Shown here piece after piece: positions 1 to 9,253 of a stretch of 64,000 bases of DNA. The stretch is taken from positions 928,001 to 992,000 of the forward strand of contig CAWDOD010000002.1 of the NCBI GenBank assembly GCA_963803805.1, written 5' to 3'. Source of the stretch: an uncultured cyanobacterium. Its GTDB lineage: Bacteria > Cyanobacteriota > Cyanobacteriia > Cyanobacteriales > CAWCAG01. The position numbers were made by a program, and so were the translations under genes. The notes beneath the pieces are model-generated. The model had not been told where the DNA came from and searched no databases. It saw nothing but the letters and a program-made list of their open reading frames with translations. Each line of letters opens with the position of its first letter. Position 1 is the stretch's first letter.

Positions 1-901
1 TACGGCAAGCCATGATTGCTTCCCTTAGAGCTATAGGTCTGCCTGTTTCTATGCCTAACTTTTGTTTAGCTTTATCATAAAAAGCCATAGCATCCGTACC
101 ATGGGCTTCCATACCCACTGCCTCAATGCAACTGTCTGGACCTCTGCCATTTGTCATTTCGTCGAGGGCTTCTAAGACATTTACTTCTTCATAGTTAAGC
201 ACCTCAGCTTTGCTTTGTTCTTTGGCCATTTGCAACCGTTCAGGAAGGCGATCAATAGCAATTACCCGTTCTGCCCCCAACATATAGGCACTTCTAATCG
301 CAAACTGTCCTACCGGACCGCAGCCCCAAACGGCTACAGTATCTCCTGGTTCAATATCGGCATTTTCTGCCGCCATGTAGCCAGTGGGAAAGATATCCGT
401 TAAAAATAAAACTTGTTCGTCTGTCAAACCGGAGGGAATTTTCAGCGGACCGACATCAGCATAAGGGATGCGGGCATATTCCGCCTGACCGCCTGCAAAG
501 CCACCAAAGGTATGGGAATAGCCAAATAGCCCAGCAGAGGCGTGACCATAGGATTCTTTAGCCATTTCCTTATTGGGATTAGAATTATCGCATAGCGACC
601 ATAAATCCCGTTGGCAAAAGAAACAGCTACCACAGGAGATAGTAAATGGTACGACGATGCGATCGCCTTTTTTTAAGTTGTTAACTCCTTTACCCGTCTC
701 AACCACTTCACCCATAAATTCATGACCAAGAACATCCCCTGACTCCATAGTTGGGATGTTACCTGCATAGATATGCAAGTCAGAACCACAAATTGCTGTT
801 GAGGTAATTTTAATAACAGCATCTCGGTCATCTTCTATTTTTGGGTCGGGTATATTGTCTACCCGTACGTCATTGGCACCATGCCAGCATAAAGCTTTCA
901 T
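1..901 (-). CDS. Zn-dependent alcohol dehydrogenase / glutathione-dependent formaldehyde dehydrogenase-like protein (3' end runs off the window)
   Basis: Not in the ORF track. Manual translation from ATG at 901 gives [45 protein letters not shown]...GHEFMGEV...CGSCFFCQ...VWGCGPVG, with MDR-family Zn ligands and an NAD-binding Gly motif. Confidence 0.9.
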   Translation of the reverse strand, partial: MKALCWHGANDVRVDNIPDPKIEDDRDAVIKITSTAICGSDLHIYAGNIPTMESGDVLGHEFMGEVVETGKGVNNLKKGDRIVVPFTISCGSCFFCQRDLWSLCDNSNPNKEMAKESYGHASAGLFGYSHTFGGFAGGQAEYARIPYADVGPLKIPSGLTDEQVLFLTDIFPTGYMAAENADIEPGDTVAVWGCGPVGQFAIRSAYMLGAERVIAIDRLPERLQMAKEQSKAEVLNYEEVNVLEALDEMTNGRGPDSCIEAVGMEAHGTDAMAFYDKAKQKLGIETGRPIALREAIMACR

Positions 902-969
902 CGTATCTAAATTATCCTAATAAACTGTAGTGCGGTTGTAGCAAAAGCCTAAACTTGACTTCCTAAAGG

Positions 970-1707
970 TTAAAGTTCTTGCTCTGTAGGACGAATAATC
1001 ATTTCGTTAACATCAACATCCCCTGGCTGTTCAATGGCAAAAGTAATAGCACGGGCGATCGCATCGGCATCTATAGCTATGGAATACAGTTCATTAACGT
1101 TTTTGGCCGTCTCTTCATCAGAGATTGTATTAGTTAATTCTGTATCTACAGCACCAGGGGAGATATTTGTTGAACGAATTTCACCATTGGATTCTAGTCT
1201 AATTCCTTCAGAGATTGCTTTAACAGCAAACTTGGTAGCACAATAAACTGTACCCCCAGGAAAGACTTTATGTCCTGCTACTGAGGATATATTAATTATA
1301 TGGCCAGATTTTTGTTGCCGCATAATGGGCAATACTGCTGCAATGCTGTATAGCACTCCTTTGATGTTGACATCTACCATTTTTTCCCACTCATCTACCT
1401 TGATTTCAGCTAAAGGAGATAGGGGCATCAAACCGGCATTGTTTACTAAAACATCTATACGTTCATAAGCCTGCTGGGTTGCTTTGGCTAAGGCTTCTAC
1501 ACTAGAGCGATCACTAACATCTGTTAGCTGGTATTTAGCTGTACCGCCATCTTTTTCAATATCAGAAACTAATTCTTTAAGACGCTCTTCTCGTCGAGCA
1601 GCAAGCATTAACTTAGCCCCGTTTTTCCCTAGCCGACGGGCAGTAGCTTCACCAAGCCCACTACTTGCTCCTGTAATAATAACAACTTTGTTTTGTATTT
1701 CAGACAT
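970..1707 (-). CDS. Short-chain dehydrogenase/reductase (SDR)
   Basis: TGASSGLG, NNAG and YCATK motifs. Start more likely MSEIQNK (1707) than 1719. Confidence 0.92.
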   Translation of the reverse strand: MSEIQNKVVIITGASSGLGEATARRLGKNGAKLMLAARREERLKELVSDIEKDGGTAKYQLTDVSDRSSVEALAKATQQAYERIDVLVNNAGLMPLSPLAEIKVDEWEKMVDVNIKGVLYSIAAVLPIMRQQKSGHIINISSVAGHKVFPGGTVYCATKFAVKAISEGIRLESNGEIRSTNISPGAVDTELTNTISDEETAKNVNELYSIAIDADAIARAITFAIEQPGDVDVNEMIIRPTEQEL

Positions 1708-1719
1708 AGTTAATACCAT

Positions 1720-1747
1720 TTATCAATTATCAATTATCAATTATCAA
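1720..1747. repeat. Heptamer tandem repeat (TTATCAA)x4, STRR-like
   Basis: Four exact copies visible in the intergenic gap. Confidence 0.85.
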
Positions 1748-3651
1748 CTCAAAAGGTCATCATTTAAAGGAAAATCAGGATTAGCTTCTGCCACAGAAGC
1801 ATACTCAGGTTTATCCCACTTAGCGGCAGGAATGGAGGCGATGAGTTTGCGAGTATATTCCTTTTCTGGTGCGCGGTAAATTTGTTCGGCGGGGGCAATT
1901 TCTTCGATTTGACCTTTATTCATTACCATAATGCGATCGCTCATAAATTTAACGACGCTTAAGTCATGAGAGATGAAAATATAGGTTAAACGGAATTCTT
2001 CTTGTAATTCTTTCAATAGGTTAAGGACTTGGGCTTGAATGGAGACATCAAGGGCAGAAACAGATTCGTCACAAATGATAAATTTAGGATTAAGTGCCAA
2101 TGCACGGGCGATACAAACTCTTTGGCGTTGTCCTCCAGAAAATTCGTGGGGATAGCGATTACTCCAAGCAGGATTTAAACCTACCCGATCTAAGAGGTAA
2201 GCAACTCTTTCTTGGCGCTGACGCTTATTTTGACCCCATTTATGAATGGTAAGGGGTTCTAGGATCGTTTTACCAATATTGCGACGGGGGTTGAGGGAAT
2301 TATAGGGATTTTGGAAAACAATTTGTAGATCACTTCTCAAGCGACGCAAACCTTTTCCTTTTAAGTTGGTTATATCTCGTCCTTCAAAAATAATCTGCCC
2401 TTGCATTTCTTTGTTTAACCGTAGCAAGGTACGGGCTAAGGTGGATTTGCCACAACCTGATTCCCCCACTAAACCCAAGGTTTCACCAGGATAGACAGCA
2501 AAAGAGACTCCGTTAACAGCGATGAAATAGCGTTTTGTTTGCCCTAAAACTCCTTTTAAAGGGAAGCCTACATGGAGATTTTTTACTTCCAATAAAGGAG
2601 GAGAGGAAGATGAGTCGGAAATTTCTTGGCTACCATTATTGACGATCTTAGGTTCAACCGGGAGAGCCGTAGTTTTTTCAATAATGATTAATCCCCCATT
2701 ACTATCTTGAGATACTTCCATAAAATCGGAAACGGTTGGTAATTGTTCTGCTTGACTATCTAAACTGGGGCGACAAGCTAATAAACCTTTAGTGTAGGGA
2801 TGGTTAGGACGAACAAAAATATCTTCTACTGTTCCCTCTTCTACAATTTTCCCTTGATACATTACCGCTACATGATCAGCAATTTCCGCGATCACCCCTA
2901 AGTCATGGGTAATAAAAATCATCGACATACCACGGGCAGAACATAATTCTCGTAATAAATCTAAGATAGTTGCTTGTACTGTGACATCCAGGGCTGTGGT
3001 GGGTTCATCAGCGATTAATAAGGTAGGATTGCAAGCAATAGCCATAGCAATCATCACCCTTTGTAGTTGTCCTCCTGAGAGTTCGTGGGGATAGCGTTTC
3101 AGGAGCGCCCGTTTGTGTTCATTAATATATTCATTGATGGCGCGCTCACTGTTTGTGGGGCCATATTCTACTAAATAAGTTTCCCGCAACTTTTCGTCCC
3201 TAGGAAGCAATTTAACTTCTTGAAGCCGGGCGATCGCCTGTCGTCTTGCTTCAACAGGGGATACATTTTGATGTAAGAGAATTGCTTCGGTAATCTGAAA
3301 ACCAATGTTATATACCGGGTTCAAAGAACTCATGGGTTCTTGGAAAATCATGGCGATCTCCTTACCCCGGTAATGCCTTCTTTGTTCTTCTGGCAAGGTT
3401 TCTAGGTTAACTGCAGGAGCATCAGTCGAGGAAGTGAACCAAATTTCTCCCCCTGCCACAATTCCTGGTTTAGGAACCAAACCCATAATCCCTAAAGATG
3501 TAACGGATTTACCTGAACCAGATTCTCCGACAATACCTAAAGTTTGCCCCCTAGTTAGCTGAAAATCAATACCATCAACTGCCGAAATGACTCTACCTTG
3601 ACTAACAAATTGAACTTTTAGGTTGCGAACATCTAAAACATTATCAGTCAT
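1744..3651 (-). CDS. Peptide/nickel ABC transporter ATP-binding protein with two fused NBDs (OppD/OppF type)
   Basis: Two Walker A motifs (GESGSGKS, GESGCGKS), two signatures (LSGGQ, FSGGQ), Walker B and HDL motifs. Confidence 0.93.
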   Translation of the reverse strand: MTDNVLDVRNLKVQFVSQGRVISAVDGIDFQLTRGQTLGIVGESGSGKSVTSLGIMGLVPKPGIVAGGEIWFTSSTDAPAVNLETLPEEQRRHYRGKEIAMIFQEPMSSLNPVYNIGFQITEAILLHQNVSPVEARRQAIARLQEVKLLPRDEKLRETYLVEYGPTNSERAINEYINEHKRALLKRYPHELSGGQLQRVMIAMAIACNPTLLIADEPTTALDVTVQATILDLLRELCSARGMSMIFITHDLGVIAEIADHVAVMYQGKIVEEGTVEDIFVRPNHPYTKGLLACRPSLDSQAEQLPTVSDFMEVSQDSNGGLIIIEKTTALPVEPKIVNNGSQEISDSSSSPPLLEVKNLHVGFPLKGVLGQTKRYFIAVNGVSFAVYPGETLGLVGESGCGKSTLARTLLRLNKEMQGQIIFEGRDITNLKGKGLRRLRSDLQIVFQNPYNSLNPRRNIGKTILEPLTIHKWGQNKRQRQERVAYLLDRVGLNPAWSNRYPHEFSGGQRQRVCIARALALNPKFIICDESVSALDVSIQAQVLNLLKELQEEFRLTYIFISHDLSVVKFMSDRIMVMNKGQIEEIAPAEQIYRAPEKEYTRKLIASIPAAKWDKPEYASVAEANPDFPLNDDLLS

Positions 3652-3718
3652 AGCTTTGGCAGTTAGTAGGTTATTAAGTTTAGTTTAAGAGAAGTATCTG
3701 ACAATTTAGCATTTTCTC

Positions 3719-4639
3719 TTACTTTTGCTGTATTAAAGTAGAACCGACAGGACAAATCATGTTTCCTTTAGTATCGAGGGTATCTAAATCTATAACAGGG
3801 GGAGTAAGCGAAGGTTCGTTTGTTCGACAGATTCCCATTACAATAGCTTCTTCTTCAGTAACAAAAATAGCGCCAGTATAGCTAGGAAGTTCTGCTTCAG
3901 TAGGTATAGCGGTTATGAAAATTTTTTGATCATCATTTGTGGGAGAGTCAATGCCATAGCGATAGAACTGACTTTCTAAGGTAGCAACAATACCCATTTG
4001 TTCAAGGTTAGTGGCAAACTTACCCCTCTCTTCAAAATAACTCTGTTGGGCTAATCCTAGAATATTGATGTATTGTACGGGAATGCTGGGTTGAGTTGCA
4101 CTATCAAACTCTTCTGGAGCAATAATTTCAACATCTTCAGGTAATTCAAGTCCCTCAGAAATCTTCGTAAATAAAAGCGCTTCTGAAGTTAATTTTTCGG
4201 GGCGAGTTTCTCCAGGAGAAGTGTTTTCGATACGTAACTTATCTTCACCCGCTAACTCAAATATTGTTGAACTTGTATCTTGATCACTAAAAAAAATATC
4301 TAATTCTTGAGGTTGTGTTTTCCCGTTAATTCGATAACTGGCTTCCAGGGCAACATTCTTTTCCCCTTCTGCAAAAACCAGGAATAACTTGCCTTCAGGG
4401 GCAAAAATCATGATTAAGGTTTCATCCGTATCTGGATCTTGAGTTTGCCATTGCCCCAATAATTGTTGGATTACAGCCTCTGTTTCTCCAGCTTCGGCCT
4501 CAGCTTGATTTTGGCGAAAAGGTGGCTGGGCAACAACGGGGGAACTGCTAGTTATCCCCAACACTAAACAACCAAGGAAAGCTAATTTATACCATTTATC
4601 ATTGTTGGCGTAAGCCTTGCCGTAGGCTACATTTATCAT
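3719..4639 (-). CDS. Secreted protein with an N-terminal beta-barrel-like domain and a C-terminal type IV pilin-like G/H domain
   Basis: Signal-peptide-like N-terminus. C-terminal INILGLAQQSYFEERGKFATNLEQMGI...YRY...LPSYTGAIF...ICRT...CP pattern resembles cyanobacterial Pilin_GH domains. Confidence 0.65.
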   Translation of the reverse strand: MINVAYGKAYANNDKWYKLAFLGCLVLGITSSSPVVAQPPFRQNQAEAEAGETEAVIQQLLGQWQTQDPDTDETLIMIFAPEGKLFLVFAEGEKNVALEASYRINGKTQPQELDIFFSDQDTSSTIFELAGEDKLRIENTSPGETRPEKLTSEALLFTKISEGLELPEDVEIIAPEEFDSATQPSIPVQYINILGLAQQSYFEERGKFATNLEQMGIVATLESQFYRYGIDSPTNDDQKIFITAIPTEAELPSYTGAIFVTEEEAIVMGICRTNEPSLTPPVIDLDTLDTKGNMICPVGSTLIQQK

Positions 4640-4867
4640 TTGTTATTAATAATATAGGGTCGTGCTGAACAAATAATACCAAATCCGATTTACCAATATC
4701 CCTGTCTAAAATAGCCATAGTTTCCTTTGTATATCAAGTTAAATGCTTCAGCAAAAGGAATCTGTGCCAAGGGGACTCTGTATAATGACAGACCACTAGT
4801 TTCTTAATCTATCGCTAACCAGACCTATTGTTGGTAGTCTAAACTCCAGTCAAGAAGCTAGGAAAAT

Positions 4868-4922
4868 AAAAAAAATCCCTAGCCTAAGCCAGGGACATAT
4901 TAACCATCAGGGTGCATCTACT
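4868..4922 (-). ncRNA. Putative small RNA, NsiR1-like copy A1
   Basis: Minus strand: TCCGGA (4953-4958) about 31 nt upstream of AGTAGATGCACCCTG, then hairpin TCCCTGGC-TTAG-GCTAGGGA and T8. Confidence 0.65.
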
Positions 4923-4981
4923 ACTCTTTTATTTCTTAGCTTCGTTTTCTATTCCGGATAATTTAAAAACTAGTTAAAAAG

Positions 4982-5033
4982 AAAAAAATCCCCCGACTGA
5001 AGCCGGAGGAGGAATTACCAGGTTGCATCTACC
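4982..5033 (-). ncRNA. Putative small RNA, NsiR1-like copy A2
   Basis: Minus strand: TCCGGA (5064-5069) about 31 nt upstream of GGTAGATGCAACCTGG, then hairpin TCCTCCGGC-TTCA-GTCGGGGGA and T7. Confidence 0.65.
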
Positions 5034-5537
5034 ACTTCTTTATTGCATAGTATTTCTTTGATTTCCGGACAAATTTAAAAAAGGATTCTGCTGAAGACTA
5101 AAATGGTAATTCTTTTGACTAGCTGTAACTATTTTAAGTACCAAATTATACTTTTAAGTAATCTTTCTTTTTATTAATACAGAGCTTAGCTCTTATCAAC
5201 TGACTTTGAAGCACTAACTATTTGAGATCAACTTTTAGTTGTGACATAGATCGTGGCTGTAAAATCACTTATTACTCTAAGATGGTTTTGATACAGAAAA
5301 CCGTGAATTTTCTCATTAAGAACTTTCCGCAGCTACTTCAATTTTGCTTAAACAATTGATAAGTAAAACCATTTTTAAATTTCCTTAGTCTCTAATTAAC
5401 CTAATCGGGAGAAGTAAAATAGGTTTTCTGAGAAAAATCGCAATCTAGTCAACTTTGTTGAGATTTTTATAGTTATTAAAAGCAAGTTGAAGTCCTTAAA
5501 ATCATAGCTAAAATTTATTTATGCTCAGGCAATAACA

Positions 5538-6017
5538 ATGATTCAACTAAAAGAATCACTAGCCCCAAATAAAACTTTTATAATGCCTCGTCTTATGGGA
5601 GCTAATCTTCATAAAGCTCAACTAGAACAAGCTCGACTCATGGAGGCCGATCTGATTCAAGCTAATCTAGTAGGAGCAAAACTTAATCAAGCTGTTCTTA
5701 CCAGAGCAGAAATGACCGTTGCTGATTTAAGAGAGGCTGATCTAAGAGAAGCTAATCTTGAAGGGGCTAATCTTATTGGGGCTAATCTTCAGGGTGCGAA
5801 TCTTGAAGGGGCTAATCTTATTGGTGTTAAGCTTATTGGCGCTAACTTAATAGAAGCCAATCTCACTAATGCAGATTTGCGCGGTGCAGATTTAAGTGCT
5901 GCTAACTTAACAGCAACTGAAGTTAAAAATGCCCGTTTCAGAATTAATCGAGGGATAACTCCTGCAATGAAACTTGACTTGCAACAAAGAGGAGCAATTT
6001 TTGAAGTACCGAAGTAA
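5538..6017 (+). CDS. Pentapeptide repeat protein
   Basis: A(D/N)Lxx repeats throughout, ending in LQQRGAIF. Confidence 0.9.
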   Translation: MIQLKESLAPNKTFIMPRLMGANLHKAQLEQARLMEADLIQANLVGAKLNQAVLTRAEMTVADLREADLREANLEGANLIGANLQGANLEGANLIGVKLIGANLIEANLTNADLRGADLSAANLTATEVKNARFRINRGITPAMKLDLQQRGAIFEVPK

Positions 6018-6266
6018 TTTAAAATTGATTGGAAAGGCCCCACCATAACCAGTATCTTTTGCTGCTGTAGTATACACTATTTCTGCCGAATCTACCTTCA
6101 AGCCAGAAATATGGCGTAAATTTCCTCTAGGCCAAGGCACTGTTATGGTACTTGAACCTTCTCTTACCGGAAGCCATTTTTGCGCTCTAACTGGTAGTAA
6201 TAGATTACTTAAAGTGAGGGAACTACAAACAACCAAGTTTAGAGCTACAAATGGAAACTTAAACAT
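5907..6266 (-). CDS. Hypothetical secreted protein (possibly a fragment; 3' end overlaps the pentapeptide gene)
   Basis: Signal-peptide-like N-terminus (..LLLPVRAQ). The C-terminal third is antisense to another CDS and doubtful. Confidence 0.35.
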   Translation of the reverse strand: MFKFPFVALNLVVCSSLTLSNLLLPVRAQKWLPVREGSSTITVPWPRGNLRHISGLKVDSAEIVYTTAAKDTGYGGAFPINFKLLRYFKNCSSLLQVKFHCRSYPSINSETGIFNFSCC

Positions 6267-6369
6267 CTAAGAAATCTAGGTTTTAGATTGACTAATTTGT
6301 TTTCAACAATAACAATTTACTAGTCAATCATTACAAGCAAGGGAATATTGATGCTTTTGTTAACTATTC

Positions 6370-6564
6370 TTAGGCTGATTTAAGCTCGCTAACTGCTAGA
6401 TACTCAGTTACTGATCGTTTCATTTTAGGCATTTTTAGCCAGCGGCTGCCAGTGTTGCGATGTATACCGACAGTTCGAGATGCTTTGGTAATACTTCCGC
6501 TATTACAGTAAACGACCAAGAAAGTTTTTTGTTGTTCTGTTAGATCTGTGGTTCTCTTATACAT
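6370..6564 (-). CDS. Small helix-turn-helix protein
   Basis: LTEQQKTFL...GSITKASRTVGIHRNTGSRWLK is an HTH-like pattern. Confidence 0.6.
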   Translation of the reverse strand: MYKRTTDLTEQQKTFLVVYCNSGSITKASRTVGIHRNTGSRWLKMPKMKRSVTEYLAVSELKSA

Positions 6565-6791
6565 GATGATCTCTGACCTGCTCTAGTTTCTATATTCTTA
6601 GTATCCCTAGTAGGTTTTTGAGATCACGTTCGCGATCATGTTTGATTTATGAATAACTTAGCTATGGTATGTATAACTTTAATAAAGTAGATAAAAAAAC
6701 TCTATTTTTCTTGCCAACAAGTTGATGTAGAAATTTTGAAGCCCAACTTTTCCCCTCTAGAAATACCAAAAAGAGGTAATATATCTTAGTT

Positions 6792-7673
6792 TTAAAAATC
6801 AATTACTGATACACTCATGCCTTCACAAGCCAAGATTGCATTAGGAAATACACTTTGAATCTTGTCTTTCATTTTGTCAAGCAAGTCATCGCTGTGTTCG
6901 GGAGAATACATCGAAAGGATCAGCTTTTTTACTTTTGTTTCTTTAGCGATACTGACTAAATTATGCCAAGCTGATTGTTCTTTACTAGGCAAAAATTTAG
7001 GTGCATTTAAAATTAATAAGTCTGCTTGGTTGGCTAAATGAATGAGGCTGGGACTAGGATGATCTGAAGAGTAGGGTATATCCGTGGCGCAAACGGCAGA
7101 GTAACCTTGCCAGTTGACGCGGTAAGCAACAGAACGATGGGGATAATTGAGAGGAATCGTTTCTACGGTAACATCCCCTAAACAATGCTTTTTGTCTTCA
7201 GCAAGGCTATAAAACTTTAGTTCTGACTGCATTACTCCAATAGGTACAGGGAAATTAGGCTGAGTCATTTGTTCCTGTAAGCGTTCTTCAAAAGAAGAAC
7301 CGTTAGCAGCCGTTGCTCCATAAATATAAAAACTGTTACCAGGAATAAAAGCCGGTACAAAAAAGGGAAACCCTTGAATCCGATCCCAATGACAGTGAGT
7401 AAAAAACATATGAGCCTTGACTGGCATTTTAGATAGCAAACTATTACCTAGTTTGCGTACTCCTGTACCGCTATCAAAAATCAGAAAAGTCTCTCCTACT
7501 TGCATTGTGATACAAGCGGTATTACCACCATAGCGAATCGCATTTTTTCCAGGGGTAGCAACCTTTGCTCTCACACCCCAAAACTTTACAGCAAATTTAC
7601 CGACAGAGTTGATCTGCTGATTATTTGTTTTCGGTGGTTTCGGTTTCGGTGCTGCTGGCTCTAGTTCTGCCAT
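6792..7673 (-). CDS. Metallo-beta-lactamase-fold protein (phosphodiesterase-like) with degenerate metal ligands
   Basis: FWGVR..YGGNTAC..FDSGTG..THCHWDRIQGFPFF family signature. HxHxDH reads HCHWDR. Confidence 0.85.
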   Translation of the reverse strand: MAELEPAAPKPKPPKTNNQQINSVGKFAVKFWGVRAKVATPGKNAIRYGGNTACITMQVGETFLIFDSGTGVRKLGNSLLSKMPVKAHMFFTHCHWDRIQGFPFFVPAFIPGNSFYIYGATAANGSSFEERLQEQMTQPNFPVPIGVMQSELKFYSLAEDKKHCLGDVTVETIPLNYPHRSVAYRVNWQGYSAVCATDIPYSSDHPSPSLIHLANQADLLILNAPKFLPSKEQSAWHNLVSIAKETKVKKLILSMYSPEHSDDLLDKMKDKIQSVFPNAILACEGMSVSVIDF

Positions 7674-8002
7674 TTTTTTGCTTAAGTTAGCCCTTTAGTT
7701 AGCAGCTTAATTGCAAAGCATTTACTTTGACCTGATTAAAATTTACTCGTTTGGAGCAAAGAACCCTCAACGGGTAAGGGTGTAGAATTTCTCTTAGGAA
7801 GTTACGACCCATGACAAAAATAGTAACGCTTTAAAATGAATTGCCAAAGTATCTGGCTTTTTATGAGATAGATTTCCCTAATTTTTGATTTACTAGCACC
7901 CTTAACTTCGTCAGGAAGCTTTAGCTTAATGTTGATAGATTTTAGCACTATGGCAAAACCTAGTTTGTGAGTTTTATCTTAGCGCTGTTGATAACTATAG
8001 CT

Positions 8003-8018
8003 TGTGAGTTACATCACA
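8003..8018. promoter_or_regulatory. CRP (SyCRP1)-type box TGTGA-N6-TCACA
   Basis: Exact TGTGA-GTTACA-TCACA in the ppa/MBL intergenic region. Confidence 0.6.
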
Positions 8019-8058
8019 AACTTTAGGTTGATCAGGATTATACATCAAGAAAACTTAC

Positions 8059-8568
8059 TTAGCTGAAAGCTTGTATACATTGTTTTACTAAAGGAGTAAC
8101 TCTATCAACATTTTGCCAACCTAAAATTTCTGTTACCTTCTTTTCGAGATTTTTGTAAGTACGAAAAAACTCTGCTATTTCGTCTAAGCGGTGTTGTGCA
8201 ACATCTTCAAGAGATTTAACTTGAGTATAACGGGGATCTTGATCCGGTACACAAAGAATTTTTTCGTCGCGATCGCCCCCATCAATCATTTCTAGCATTC
8301 CAATCGGTCTAGCTAGAATAACACAACCTGGAAAAGTGGGCTGATCCATCATAACCATGCCATCAAGGGGATCACCATCATCAGCTAGGGTATTGGGAAT
8401 AAATCCATAGTCGTAAGGATATTGTACTGATGAGTAAAGAACTCTATCGAGGGCAAAAGCATTGAGATCCTTGTCAAACTCATACTTATTTTTACTCCCA
8501 GCAGGGATTTCAATTAAGACATTTATTAAACCAGGTTCAGGTTGAGCAGGAATACGCGATAAGTCCAC
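8059..8568 (-). CDS. ppa: Inorganic pyrophosphatase
   Basis: DDGDPLDG active-site motif. True start is likely GTG at 8568 ([10 protein letters not shown]), with a GGAG RBS at 8577-8580. Confidence 0.95.
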   Translation of the reverse strand: MDLSRIPAQPEPGLINVLIEIPAGSKNKYEFDKDLNAFALDRVLYSSVQYPYDYGFIPNTLADDGDPLDGMVMMDQPTFPGCVILARPIGMLEMIDGGDRDEKILCVPDQDPRYTQVKSLEDVAQHRLDEIAEFFRTYKNLEKKVTEILGWQNVDRVTPLVKQCIQAFS

Positions 8569-8753
8569 TCTGGCAACTCCGAAAAAGCAATACGATATTA
8601 ATGCACCAAAAAGCACACTAGCCCATATTAATAGAAAAGGGTTGCACAAGGAAACACTACGAAATCTGCGGGACGGGGGTCGTGTCTTTTGTTACTGTAA
8701 GCTACAGGCAAGAGTGTAACGCTTTTCTTCTCATCCCGATTATTCCCGATAAC

Positions 8754-8933
8754 CTATTTTCGTTGTGAATAGCTAGCTTGGGGCAAGATTTCTACAGTTG
8801 CATTTGAAGAGTAAGATGCAATGACTAGTGTAGGTACTGCAAGAGTAATTAGAGCTATACAAGCACCGATAATGTCTGCCCACCGATAATTAGGAGGTTC
8901 AGAAGAGTTGCTAGACGGACTGCCAGATTCCAT
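8754..8933 (-). CDS. Small single-TM protein, 59 aa (below the ORF-track cutoff)
   Basis: Manual translation: MESGSPSSNSSEPPNYRWADIIGACIALITLAVPTLVIASYSSNATVEILPQASYSQRK*, with one clear hydrophobic helix. Confidence 0.65.
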   Translation of the reverse strand: MESGSPSSNSSEPPNYRWADIIGACIALITLAVPTLVIASYSSNATVEILPQASYSQRK

Positions 8934-9106
8934 AAATATTTGAGACTTTAAGCTTCAGCTAATGAATAAACTACGAGGGGAGATAAATTAATATCCCTTT
9001 ATAATTGTAACTATTTATTTGCTAGTAGCTGTTCTTTTTGCAACTATTCTTAGAGATTTTGGTGGTTGGCAACCCTTTTAGTTAGGGTTTGGTCGTCAGG
9101 AGTCAG

Positions 9107-9177
9107 TAGACATCTCCAGAAATTCCAATTTTTGTAAGTAATTACAAGGGTTTCAGCATAATTATTGGAGAGGTCTA
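9107..9177. mobile_element. Short MITE-like element with terminal inverted repeats
   Basis: TAGACATCTCCA...TGGAGAGGTCTA (11/12 inverted match), bounded by TA at both ends. Confidence 0.5.
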
Positions 9178-9253
9178 GTGATTAGAATTGATCCGGAGCA
9201 AGGGATTTGTAGTCTGAAAAACGATTGTATAGCAAAGATAATTTTTAATCGTT

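Noticed and set aside
215-633. Track ORFs 215-403 (+) and 442-633 (-)
   Set aside because: Shadow or alternative frames of the real dehydrogenase gene at 1-901.
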